From Lingula anatina (Eukaryota > Animalia > Brachiopoda): 64,000 bases of DNA. Below the pieces are notes generated by a model, which worked only from the letters and a program-made list of their open reading frames with translations, did not search any database and had not been told where the DNA came from. Position numbers and translations under genes: made by a program. This document shows, in pieces, positions 11,739-28,465 of this stretch (position 1 is the first letter of the stretch; the number at the start of each line of letters is the position of its first letter). The stretch spans positions 15,128,001 to 15,192,000 of the forward strand of contig CM120641.1 in NCBI GenBank assembly GCA_051362555.1. Reading direction: 5' to 3'.

Positions 11739-13635
11739 TACACTGGATGCCAAACTACTTGTGATGCCGTAGTTTTTATGGGAACTGGGTATATTTTCTC
11801 TTTTTAGAAAACCTTATCAAGTTTAATTTTTGACCGGGTTAGATGGCTACTGAATTAATCACATTTCTGTGATAATTATGGCCAGTGTGGAAACATTGTT
11901 TGAGCTGAAGCTTGCTGTGCACCTGTATATATTTTGAGTCAAGATCAAATTGGATTGCTGTCACGACTAACATGTTTGCTGTTATTATAATAGATGTACA
12001 GCTTATAGAAGATCCTTTGTTGACTTTATTCTTATGTTATATTTCTAAATTTCACTCGAGCCTTCTAGGCATTCTTAATTGAGCAATGTGCACAATGGAG
12101 TTTCTCAAGTTGAAAAAGATTTACTTCATATGGGACTAACAGAAAATGAATGTTTAGAAAAACCATGGGGGTCTTGTGGTTATAGTATTGTTAATTTTCA
12201 TGCTAGTTCAATTTCTGGCATGATGCAATTAATTTTACTGAAATGTGAAATAGCTTCGTTATGATAATTCAGTTTTTCATTTGTTCATTTCATTTTTTTC
12301 ATGGAAGTGGTTATTGAGCATAAACTGATATTTTATAGGTTGTGGAGTTACAAAATTTTTTATCCTGATTTTTTTTTCTCTATGGCTTCTTAATTTGAAA
12401 TATGAGTTTGTAAAGTGTTTGTTAAAAAAAAAGGGAAGGTATTTAAACATCATGGCAATTCCAATGCAGAAAAATCTCTTCTTGCTTCCAAATGTGTGGG
12501 TATTGTAATAATAGTACAAAATGACTCTTGTCATGTTGATCAGATAATCATTTCCTTCTTTGGTTTGCTCCTTTATAATTCTGTGTGAAGTAGAGCGGTT
12601 GTTTCTTTTTTAGTCTGTACTTTTGTTCTACACAGATGCACAAGTTTTTGGTAATGTATATGCATATTGTTACAAAGGTCTGACAATAAAATTTCTAATG
12701 GGAAAAATTTTGCTTTTTTGTATTTTAAAAGAATACTTTCATCATTTCTATCACTGTTTTTATTCAGGCAACAAGACTTGCATCAGAGATTTAAGTACAA
12801 ATCTGTTTATTGATAATGACTACACAAAATGCCTTTGCTTAATGAAAATCTGTAATTAGGGGCTCGTAACTCCATAACAAAAACTTTTAAACCAAAATGA
12901 CAGCATGGGATTATATCCTTTATACTTGTGGTCAACTATGCCTATTTTCGTGATAAAATCTTGTTCAGGGTTGAAGTTACACCCCATACAGATTGCTATC
13001 AAGCTTGTTAAAACTGGCACAGTATTTCATTCAAATTAACTAAGGGAGTGGGGTTTACAACCTGAGATCTGGGGATGTTTAAGGTTGAATACTACCAGGA
13101 AAAAGGCTAGATTAAAAAGTGTTTGAATGCATTTTGGCTTATAGTTTAAACAAATTTTCAGGACATACTTCTTTGTAAAATGAGCCCTTGGACTCTTGTG
13201 TTTTCAAAATAACACCACTCAGTGCAAATCTTTTCAATAACAACAAGTGCCAAAAAGAAAAACTCATGCTGACCAAAACTGATAAAAATCACAACCTCAG
13301 TGCATTTTAACCAAGATAGAAAAAAAAGAAAACTGACACAAACTTCAGTATCATTCCTACGTCTCTAGTTTAAAATAAGTTGCTTTCAAAAAAGTTACAG
13401 ACTATTCATTGCATACAAAGATGACCAGAAGTCTTTCACCTGAATCACAGATGGAATGTGGACAGCAATCTCAAAAATTCTTATAAAAACTTTGTAACGA
13501 TACAAAAAAACACAGCTGACATGAAGACTGTTCATCTGTAAATACTACAGGTTTCAAACATGTAAAACTTTCAGCAATAAAAATATTAAGTTTAAAAAAG
13601 GCAAGTGTTAATGCTCTTATAAATTTATATAAAGA

Positions 13636-17078
<3,443 letters not shown>

Positions 17079-17336
17079 TTTGCCTGATCGGTGGCTGTGC
17101 GATGCCGAATCTTCCAAGTTCTTCTTTGTTTTCTACAAACCCAGAATATACTTCCGGAAAAAACAAACTTTCCCCACCTTTAATGATTATGCGTTTTCAC
17201 ACCATCTAAACCTCAGCTAGAATAAGACGACTCCCGTTTACGCCATAACATTTTTGCATAATCATCAAAACTAGCAAATTATTCTTTAGTCGCTTCTGCA
17301 GATTATAAATGAACCATATGATGCTGCCTCGCTTTA

Positions 17337-17720
17337 GGAGAAACCGGCAATCTAGGTCAGAAACGGCAAATCAGGACACATGCAATTCAGGACAGTTGTT
17401 AATAGATGGCGCAGCACTAGAATATAGAGGACATTGTGCTTTTCGGGTGCAAAGATAAAAGATCTCCTTCGTCGGAGTCAACAATTGCATTATTATGGAT
17501 TAAATCTGTTTACATTTTTTCTTTTTTACCTACACAGTTTGGAAATATTTTGCTGCTTGTTTATATCGGCTTATATAAATATTATAAAGATATATATTAA
17601 AGCGATTTTGGAAAAAAAAAAAAGAAATGTTATCTTGAATTTTTGCAAGGGTTTAAATCTATAAATATGTGTTTTCAGACTCTTTTTAAATAAAAAAAAA
17701 TCAAATGCCTTCTTTTTCCA

Positions 17721-17816
<96 letters not shown>

Positions 17817-19284
17817 TTTCTCTGATTTTTCAATATGTTTTCTGCTTTAATTACTTTACTTTTTTTTTATTTCTATACAAGATTCTACATTTTAAAACGG
17901 GAAATAAAGATGTGGGACATTTGAAAGATACACTGTATGTCTAGGAGACATTTTTTTTTTTTTTTTTTTTTTTGTTACAGATCATTATAAAAAAAATGGA
18001 AAAAGAAAGTATCAATAATATTAACGTAAAAATTTACTATCCCGATTTGCCGTTTTCTCCCAAATGTAACTGATACCACATGAGTGGAGAAGTCGTTAGA
18101 GAAAGCGAACGCAGAAGTTGAAAGGCATCCAACGCCCCCCCCCCCTCCTGCTTCTTTACACATCTCTATTTCTCCTTCTCTTTCCCTTTCTCTCCCTTTC
18201 TCACACACTTTCTCTCTCTGATCCTTCAATAGATTTTCTGCTTTATTTCCTTTACTTATTTTTTCCTTCCTCTACAAGATTATATATTTTTTAAAAGAAA
18301 AAGTTGTGGGACATTTAACAGATACACTGTATGTCTAGGAGACACTTTTTTTTTACACATCATTGTAAAATGTGAAGAAAAAAAGAAAGTAATATTAACG
18401 TAAAAGATTTACTGTCCCGATTTGCCGTTTTCTCCCAAATGTAACTGATACCACATGAGTGGAGAAGTCGTTAGAGAAAGCGAACTCAGGAGTTGAAAGG
18501 CATTCAACGCCCCCCCCCCCTCCTGCTTCTTAACACATCTTTCTTTCTCTTCCTCTTTCCCTTTCTCTCCCTTTCTCACACACTTTCTCTCTCTGATCCT
18601 TCAATAGATTTTCTGCTTTATTTCCTTTACTTATTTTTTCCTTTCTCTACAAGATTATACATATTTTTAAAAGAAAAAGTTGTGGGACATTTAACAGATA
18701 CACTGTATGTCTAGGAGACAATTTTTTAAACAAATCTTTGTAAAATGTGGAAAAAAAGTGACAAAAATATTAAAGCAGAAAAATCACTGTCCCGATCTGC
18801 CGTTTTCTCCCAAATGTAACTGATACCGCATGAGTGAAGAAGTCATTACAGAAAGTAAACGCAGGAGTTGAAAGGCATTCAACGCCCCCCCCCCCCTCCT
18901 GCTTCTTAACACATCTTTCTTTCTCTTCCTCTTTCCCTTTCTCTCCCTTTCTCACACACTTTCTCTCTCTGATCCTTCAATAGATTTTCTGCTTTATTTC
19001 CTTGACTTATTTTTTCCTTTCTCTACAAGATTATATATATTTTTAAAAGAAAAAGTTGTGGGACATTTAACAGATACACTGTATGTCTAGGAGACAATTT
19101 TTTTAAACAAATCTTTGTAAAATGTGGAAAAAAAGTGACAAAAATATTAAAGCAGAAAAATCACTGTCCCGATCTGCCGTTTTCTCCCAAATGTAACTGA
19201 TACCGCATGAGTGAAAAGAAGTCATTACAGAAAGTAAACGCAGGAGTTGAAAGGCATTTAAGCCCCCCTCCTGCTTTTCCCCAC

Positions 19285-19318
<34 letters not shown>

Positions 19319-20787
19319 TACTTAGTCTCTCTGATCTTTCAATATGTTTTCTGCTTTAATTCCTTTAATTATTATTTTAAATTTCTTTACAAGATTTTAC
19401 ATTTTAAAACGGAAGATAAAAGATGTGGGGCATTTAACAGATACACTGTATGTCTAGGAGACAATTTTTTGTTACAGATCATTGTAAAATATGGAAAAAA
19501 AGAAAGTATCATTAATATTAACGTAAAAGATTTACTGTCCCGATTTGCCGTTTTCTCCCAAATGTATCTGATATCACATGAGTGGAGAAGTCATTAGAGA
19601 AAGCGAACGCAGAAGTTGAAAGGCATTCAACGCCCCTCCCCTCCTGCTTCTTAACACATCTCTCTTTCTCTCCCTTTCTCACACACTTTCTCTCTCTGAT
19701 CCTTCAATAGATTTTCTGCTTTATTTCCTTTACTTATTTTTTCCTTCCTCTACAAGATTATATATTTTTAAAAGAAAAAGTTGTGGGACATTTAACAGAT
19801 ACACTGTGTATCTAGGAGACACTTTTTTACAAATCATTGTAAAATGTGAAGAAAAAAAAAAAGAAAGTAACAATAATATTAACGTAAAAGATTTACTGTC
19901 CCGATTTGCCGTTTTCTCCCAAATGTAACTGATATCACATGAGTGGAGAAGTCATTAGAGAAAGCGAACGCAGAAGTTGAAAGGCATTCAACGCCCCCCC
20001 CCCTGCTTCTTAACACATCTCTCTTTCTCTATCTCTCTCCCTTTCTCACACACTTTCTCTCTCTGATCCTTCAATAGATTTACTGCTTTATTTCCTTTAC
20101 TTATTTTTTCCTTCCTCTTCAAGATTATATATTTTTAAAAGAAAAAGTTGTGGGACATTTAACAGATACACTGTGTATCTAGGAGACACTTTTTTTACAA
20201 ATCATTGTAAAATGTGAAGAAAAAAAAAAGAAAGTAACAATAATATTAACGTAAAAGATTTACTGTCCCGATTTGCCGTTTTCTCCCAAATGTAACTGAT
20301 ATCACATGAGTGGAGAAGTCATTAGAGAAAGCGAACGCAGAAGTTGAAAGGCATTCAACGCCCCCCCCCCCCCTGCTTCTTAACACATCTCTCTTTCTCT
20401 ATCTCTCTCCCTTTCTCACACACTTTCTCTCTCAGATCCTTCAATAGGTTTTCTGCTTTATTCCCTTTACTTATTTTTCCTTCCTCTACAAGATTAGGCC
20501 TATATATTTTTTAAAAGAAAAAGTTGTGGGACATTTAACAGATACACTGGATGTCTAGGAGACACTTTTTTTTACAAATCATTGTAAAATGTGAAGGAAA
20601 AAAAGAAAGTAACAATAATAATAATGTAAAAGATTTACTGTCCTGATTTGCCGTTTTCTCCCAAATGTAACGGATACCACATGAGTGGAGAAGTCATTAG
20701 AGAAAGCGAATGCAGGAGTTGAAAGGCATTTAACCCCCTCCTGCCTCTTCCCACATCTGTTTCTCTTTGTCTCTCTCCTCCTCTCTG

Positions 20788-20829
<42 letters not shown>

Positions 20830-21914
20830 TCTCTTTCTGATCTTTCAGCAGGTTGTCTCCCTTACTTCCTTATTTTTCAATTCTATGTAAGATGATATAA
20901 TTTAAAAAATTACAATAAATGCAGTGCGATATTTAACAGATATGTGGAGGAGACAATATTTTATATGTTACAACTACTGCGCTCGCTCTCAACATATGGA
21001 ATATGCTCCATTTGGGAGAAAACGACACGGGGGTTGAGATAATCTTTTCCTTTCTTTTTGTCTTTTTCATTTAAAAGAGAGAGAGAGAGAGAAGCGGAGG
21101 GCGTTATAATATCTTACAGATTTAGCGGGCCATTATTTTTTTCCTTTTTTGTTGTTTTAACTATAGGATAGACGGTGTCATCATACAAAGAAATGGATTT
21201 TTTGAACTAATGAATAACTTATGTACAGACGAGATCGCAGAGGGAAGAGAAGTGGGGGGGGGGGAGGGGGTAAATACCTCTAAATCTCTTTGTTCGCTTT
21301 CTATTATAGCCTCTCTACACATCTGGTATTAGTCATATTTGGGAGAAAACGACACGGCGGGTCAGGAAATCTTTTCCTTAATATTTTCATAACTTTTTTA
21401 AAAATTATTTTTACCTAGCACAGACGACCGTCTATCCAACATCTTACAAAGTACATAATTAGTCTCCTTAATATATCTGTTCAACACATCCAACATTTTT
21501 TGTTTGTTTTTTCTTTCTAACTATAACATCTTATAGAGAAATAAATTATATGATTTAAAAGATAATGGAGATAACTCATTGAAAGAAAGACAAGATAGAG
21601 AGAAAGAGAGAGATAGAGGAAGGAGAAATTGGGCAGGGGAAATACCTTTTAACTCCTGTGTTTTCCTTCTTTCTTAACCTCTCGTTGCATCTGGTATCAG
21701 TTACATTTGGGAGAAAACGGCACGGTGGGTCAGGAAATCTTTTCTATAGATATTTTGTCTCCTTGATATATGCGCTGAATATCTCACTATTTTTTCGTTT
21801 TTAATTATATATTCTTATAGAGAAATGAATTTAATGGTTTTGTGAATAAAAGCAGATAACGTATTGAAAGCCGAGAGGGAGAATTAAGGAGAAAGAGAAA
21901 TAGTGTGTGTGTGC

Positions 21915-21951
<37 letters not shown>

Positions 21952-22588
21952 GAGGGGGTTTGCGGATGAGATTACCAGGGTGGCTATCTTCTTAACCAGC
22001 CAAGATACCCCACCATGTTGCATAGAGAGTATATTTCAACTGGTTTTCTTCTAATATCCGTATTTTGATTGTTACGTAAGGAGATATAACTGATGTCAGC
22101 ATGATCTTTATACCCTCAAAACTAAAAGTCCACTATAATACGCATAAGTTGAAAACGGAGCTGGTGTTATGATATCCAGCCACTTTTGAAGACAAACCTT
22201 AGATCTAATGAATGAATGCAACCTTTCAGGGGTTAAAAGTTCTAATTTATTTTGACACCGGTTCCTTGAAGCAGTAAACAGACCCTTACAAATTCGATCG
22301 CTTGCTTGCTATAAAGGACTCTCTACATGTTACGGAGCTTTGTTAGTATCATATTAACTTTTTTTCTATTTTCATTTAAGTTTTATTTTACGGAATTTTC
22401 ACCGCGGTGAATTTTTGATTCTTTCTTTTTTTCACTTTTACCAAGATTTGTAAAAATATTGTCTCCTAGACATATCTGTTAAATATCCCACTGCATTTTT
22501 TGTAAATTTTTCTATATTATCTTATATAAAAATCTTATATAAAAATTAAAAAAATGGTTCAGAAATTAAAGCTGACAGCCATTGAAAG

Positions 22589-22637
<49 letters not shown>

Positions 22638-22973
22638 AAAAGCAGGAGGGGGGCGTTGAATGCCTTTCAACTCCTGCGTTCGCTTTCTCTAATGTTTTCT
22701 CCACTCATGTGGTATCAGTTACATTTGGGAGAAAACGGCAAATCAGGACAGTAAATCTTTTACGTTAATATTATTGTTACTTTCTTTTTTCCACATTTTA
22801 CAATGATTTGTGAAAATAATTGTCTCTTAGACATACAGTGTATCTGTTAAATGTCCCACACCTTTTTATTTTCGGTTTGAAAATGTAGAATTTTGTATAG
22901 AAATTTTTTTAAAAGTTTAGAAATTAAAGCAGAAAACATATTTAAAGATTAAAAAGGGTGTGTGTGTGCGTGT

Positions 22974-23027
<54 letters not shown>

Positions 23028-23280
23028 TGTGTAAAGAAGCAGGAGGGGGGGGGGGGGCTTAAATGCCTTTCAAATCCTGCTTTCGCTTTCTCTAATGACT
23101 TCTCCACTCTTAGGTATCAGTTACATTTTGGAGAAAACGGCAAATCGGGACAGTAAATCTTTTACGTTAATATTATTGTTACTTTCTTTTTTCCACATTT
23201 TACAACGATTTGTAAAAATAACTGTCTCCTTGACATATCTGTTAAATATCCCAATGCATTTCTTTGCTACTTTTTTAAAT
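17337..23280. repeat. Complex satellite/foldback-like array of ~370-bp units in two orientations
   Basis: The core ctgtcccgatttgccgttttctcccaaatgtaactgataccacatgagtggagaagtcattagagaaagcgaacgcag starts at ~18037, 18411, 18786, 19163, 19534, 19895, 20262 and 20637. Reverse-complement cores lie at ~22660-22755 and ~23060-23155, with degenerate ones at ~21010, 21338 and 21706. Each unit also has a C-run, a variable (CT)n/(CA)n tract and gtgggacatttaacagatacactgtatgtctaggagaca. Confidence 0.92.
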
Positions 23281-23957
23281 TTGTATAGATCTAATCTGTT
23301 ATAACTCCTTGATGGAACCTACCAGATTTTTAAGAACGCCTGACACCTGATTATCGATCTGTTTTTTTAAATTACTTTCTTTTTCTTTTGCATTTTTCTT
23401 TGTTTGTTTCATGTTTATTTTTCCTTTATTCAGAAATTTAAGGCCATTCGTCTAAATGACAAAGCGAACCAGCGTTTTGCATGGCTACCCCTATTCAACA
23501 TAATACAAGTAGGTCACTTAAATTGTAGCTTAGGCCTGCGTGTATGACTGTTACAGAAGATATGTGACACGATGTTAGTGCATTACATGTAAGGGCCGTC
23601 CAGAGTGCTAGCGCGTGAAATTCCCTTGGATCGTATTACTGTCGCTCCTCACGAACCTCACCAACCTAACCTGTGTTTATGAGGTTGTCATCAGTTTTGT
23701 TTGACATATATTTTACCTAAAGACAATCAGCATGTTGTTTTAGTTATCTTACGGTCCTTGTATTCAGTATATATTTAGGGGTACAAAATTTAATCAATTA
23801 ATGCCTATATAGGCCATATTGGCTGACCTATAGGCCTATCTGGTGAAATGTGATTTTAATGAAGACTAACACGAGAGACACATTTAGGTAAATTGAGCAT
23901 ACATACCTGTCAACATTCACAATTTCTAGATAGGCACATTCCCTCGCACGCCGTACT

Positions 23958-23970
23958 CCCCCCCCCCCCC

Positions 23971-24045
<75 letters not shown>

Positions 24046-24046
24046 A
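23958..24046. repeat. Compound microsatellite C-run/(AC)n/(AAAG)n
   Basis: Visible directly in the sequence. Confidence 0.9.
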
Positions 24047-24746
24047 AAAAACTGTTCCTTTTATTTAAATGAACTGTAAATGATTTGGATAGCGCCTCGT
24101 TTTTTTTTTCTTCAGAAATGTTTTAACCTTAACTATAATCAAATATTTTGACTCAAATTTCAATTTAAGTATTTCGATGTTTGAAGAATTCCATTAGCTG
24201 TTTTACAAGTCAAATTTTGCACGCCGATCTTTCAGTTTTCACCGTTTCGCTTTCACCGGGGACTCAGTTAATTAAAGATGACACTCATGTCGTTAGCCTA
24301 ATTTTCTATTATCTTTCTATATTTTTAAATATTCATAGCGTTTACACTCTGCCTGTTGATTTTCCATAGCTGTGTTTTTCGTAATGTCTTTTCTCCACGA
24401 GCAAAGATACAACCTACACCTTACCATTTTTAAGTACAACTATAGGCCTAGTGCTCAAGCCACACTTCATACTCTTTTTGAAACTTGCAAATGCACTATA
24501 TTTTACCTTTCGACGTTTTTAGAACTAATTTCACAACTTTTATCGGCCAAGGATTCCTGCCTTGCAAAGCTATTTAGAATTAAGAACCCACAATACGACG
24601 CGAATCGACTGTTCTGACGTTCGCGCAGCTACCAAAACTTAACCAAATAAATAATAATAAATAAATAAATAAATACAAATAAAATAGGGTAAGGTGGTGT
24701 TCATTTAAACGTTAACAGAGGAAGTCTACTTGTAAAAGCAATTATA

Positions 24747-26407
24747 CAGACTTGACATTTAATATGGAATATTTCAGTTTTAAAGGTATACCTAGGTCAA
24801 AATGCGTTCTTTTTTTTTTTTTAATCAGATTTCATATAAGACATCTGTCTGGAGAAGTGTGAAGTCAGGTGTGTCGCTGCCAATTAACTGACTACCAAGT
24901 CTGTTGCACTGCTGCCTTGTGTAATATGCAGTGATTTAATTGGGCAGTGCTCCTTTGGGCTAGTCAAAGCTTGGCTTTGGCGAAGGATGGTTCTGTCAAT
25001 AAAGTATCCATATGTCGGCAAATACTGCATAGAAGAATTTGAAATTTTGCATACAAGCGGTCGGTTTTGCAGTGCGTAAAATGAGTTAAGCAGCGTTTTA
25101 CAAAACTGTTAAGCTGTGCCAGAATGGCGCGAAAAACACAGACATTGCCAGACAGATTATTGTGTCAAACGGAACGGTCTACACAGTTTTATAGAGTTAT
25201 GCTCAGTTTGAGGCACTACACAGAGACCAAGCCCAATGCATCGACGTCTTACCACCAGGGTATAGGACTCACTGTCCTTCAGGATATGCTGCTGCAATTA
25301 AACCAATACCACCCAGTCCGTTTTAAATGAGGGACAAATTGTCACCAAAACTTGTTTTTCAAGGCTCTTAGCGAACACCAAACTGATTTCAGCAGGTTAG
25401 GATTCCAGGCGACCTCTGAGGAAGCCACTGTAAACAGCAAAGCAGCTTAGTCTGTTTCTCTAATGAATTGGGGACCATGACAGTTTCTGGGTAAAACACT
25501 GAAACCGCGTGGCTTCTTTATTGAGGCCATTTTTAAACTGTACCGCTAAACTGGTCAAAACAGAGTTTACAGACATTCTGAAAAGGCCTTCGACGAAATG
25601 TGTGCCACTTATTAAGAGGCTAGGGTCATTGACAGTGTCAGTATTTGGAGTGGATACCACATTGGTGCCAAAACACCAATGGTAGTCATCGATGAAAACC
25701 TTAACCAGATCAAATAAAGAAATAATCTGGGAACCACTTGACTATTATTTGATAGGGGGCACCTTAGGAACAATTTTAGGTTGCAGGGCGAGGTTGCCGG
25801 TTCACACAGAGCACATTTAATAGCAGATAACTTACAGAACCAAGGGAATGAGTAGCTACCTTGGTCATCAAAATCGCCATATTTGAACCACATAGACAAT
25901 ATGTGGGTAGGTCATTACTCGCCGAATCAACGGCCTGCATGTCCTACATCAAAACTGAGCCAAATTGGACAAGTTTTAACCGTATTCTGGAATTTTATTC
26001 CAGATTAAACTCTAAAAAGCCTATCATAAGAAATGCCTTGCGGCTTGAAAGCTCTGGTAGCAGCAAGATGAGGTCAAGCGTAACAGCGACTGTTGCTGTG
26101 ACTAGACACTGACATGGGGGGCCTTTGTGGGGCGTGTAACTCTTTTAAAGACAATAATTAGGAAAATATGGAGATCCAAAATATCGCTTTCAATGGTTGT
26201 CGTATGACTTAAAATAGGCAATGTATTTTTGTTTGCTTCACTGACGAATTCAATTAATAAACTGATGTCACAGTGACATCGAAGAGATTATCAAAAGTTA
26301 TTAAAACACGATTTTAATCCTTATTTTCATTTATCAGTCAGCAAAATAGGAAAAAAACTGATGAATTATGTTTTGGAAAAAATATTCCATATTAAATGTC
26401 AAGTCTG
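24747..26407 (+). mobile_element. Full-length Tc1/mariner DNA transposon (1661 bp) with decayed transposase
   Basis: Perfect 28-bp TIRs CAGACTTGACATTTAATATGGAATATTT, with TA duplicated at 24745-24746 and 26408-26409. Internal Tc1 motifs are described in the pseudogene feature. Confidence 0.9.
25090..26112 (+). pseudogene. Tc1-family (DD34E-type) transposase pseudogene
   Basis: Stop- and frameshift-interrupted fragments occur in canonical order: HTH-like VKLCQNGAKNTDIARQIIVSNGTVYTVL*, VCFSNE (cf. VLFSDE), VSIWSGYHIGAKTPMVVIDENLNQIK* (cf. VMVWG...TPLVVIDGNLNA), FRLQGEVAGSHRA (cf. FQQDNAxPHRA) and LPWSSKSPYLNHIDNMW (cf. WPxxSPDLNPIENxW). Confidence 0.85.
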
Positions 26408-28465
26408 TAGTAAACAATGCCCACCGTTTTAATGTCAATATTAACATACACTTATGTAGTGTTCAGGGTGGTACTCACAAAAATCCCGACTTGACACTAC
26501 CGTCCATCAATGAAACTAAAAAAAAAAACTGACAGCACATTTTCGTGAGTGAAGTCATCGCACTTTCTGACAAAGTTAAAGAGAGGAAATACTGATCGAT
26601 CGGGAGATTATTAATCTGATTCGGGTGATCGAGAGATATGTCCCCAAATCAAGAGACTTAGGACGAGATCGGAAGCGCTGACAAGTCTGATTCAGTCTCC
26701 GTAGAAAAAACTAAATTGATGCCCATAACTGCCAAAAATCAGTGGCGGATCTGAGAGGGAGAGCCTTGAGTTTCAGAGATTTGCTATGCACCTCCTCTCT
26801 ATCCAAAACAGTAGATCGATCTAGAGACGAGATAAACCGAGCAAATTTTCTTGTCAGTGTGCCCTATATATTCTAGTAAAATTGTGTTCGTCCAAAGAAA
26901 TAATTTATGATTGATTAGTTTCAAGTGTTGTAGTGATAACACATAGACAATTGACCAAGAGGCGAGGTGACAAAAAAATTAATAATAAATAATAATAATA
27001 ATATTAGATAAAATGAAATAAAAACAGCATGTCGCAAAACTATTTTTCATCATCTATTTTCCCTACCTTCGTAGACAACAAAAGTCAAATTTGATCAATG
27101 CTTTGAAGTTAAAAAACCTAAGTGTATCGTCAAAAAAGAAATATTCAATGCCATTTTAATGTGGTGTGAAATACAATTAGGGCAACTGAAATTGTTATCT
27201 ATATTGGTTTATTTGACTATATGACAGACATGAAATAAAACATACAATAGGAACTGTAAATACGCTGTGAAAAGTAATTTGTACAAAAGAATCGCTTACA
27301 GATACATGTAAAGCGGGAGTAAATGCTCTGTAACGTCTAAAAATTACTATAATACTAGTTTCTTACACAAAACAAAAAATAAAAAAGAAATTAATATTTC
27401 GTTCAGCCAGAAAAAAAGGGGTAGTGGAGGGGGGGAGGAGGGAACAACGCTTTTTTCCGTCCAATATGTTATACACAAAAAGTTCGCAGACACTATCTGT
27501 CCAAGTATCATTTTTCGGAAAATAATGTAACCAAACTGTGCGGTATTTCTTTTTGCATAATATACTGTTTGAAACAGTGGTACTGTGTTGGCATTTGGTT
27601 GGATTTAGTGGCATTGATCTGAGTACTCGTTTCAAGGTACACTCCATGAGATTTACCTTCCAAAATGGGTTTCCCCGGGAAAATAGGCAAATTTCTCGAA
27701 CTCATATATCGTTAATTAGTAGTTTATTTTATACTGGTTTTTATGTATTTTATGTATTAGAAATATGCCACACTTTAAAAAATAAATGATAATTTATCCC
27801 TCTCTTATCCTCCACCTTTGATAAAATTGTAAAGGTTGGTTTTAGCTTAAATGACTGGTCAGTCATCACAACTGCGACCATTTTCCTATAAGCTCCAATA
27901 GAAATATCAACATCATGTACGCACCAGACAAAAATTCTTGGGTTTGAATCATTTTTAAGGTGTATATTATGTAAGGTTTTACAAGAAGCTGTGGATGCCA
28001 AAAATAAGCATTTTGGGGGGTTTTCAAACCAATGGAGTGTACCTTTGATGCCCACTAGTCCATTTTTTACGTTTTGAAAGTGGTATTTTAACCCATGTAA
28101 TGTTTATTTTAAGTTAAAACTACAAATCGATCAATGTTGGTACAAAAAAAAAAAAAAAAAAAAAAAAAAATCCGTCCGCTTTGATAAACTTAAAATAAAT
28201 CATACGTTTTCTCAACAAGGATACAAACATGTACTGTGCTATCAATAAAATGTTTGTTAAAAAGCGTTTCATCATCAAAGGGATATAATGCTGGAATAGG
28301 TAATTCTTGTATAATATTTCATTTCATATTTGGATACAACGAATATTTAGCTAGAATATACATGACTGATCCATTTAACACAAATTTTACAAGCTACATA
28401 ACTTTGCTCTTGGATACAATCGTTTTTTTTTTCCTTTAATATTTATCCGGGTCTGAAGAGTGTGA

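Noticed and set aside
22660-23160. Hammerhead ribozyme in the satellite unit (ctaatga..ttctcc..ggagaaaac)
   Set aside because: The core is CUAAUGA or CUGAUAC rather than CUGANGA, and I could not build stems I and III with an NUH cleavage site. An Rfam cmscan would settle it.
17700-23280. CRISPR-like reading of the array (conserved cores with variable intervals)
   Set aside because: The intervals are homologous to one another and differ only in microsatellite length. Units are ~370 bp, the context is eukaryotic and no cas genes are present.
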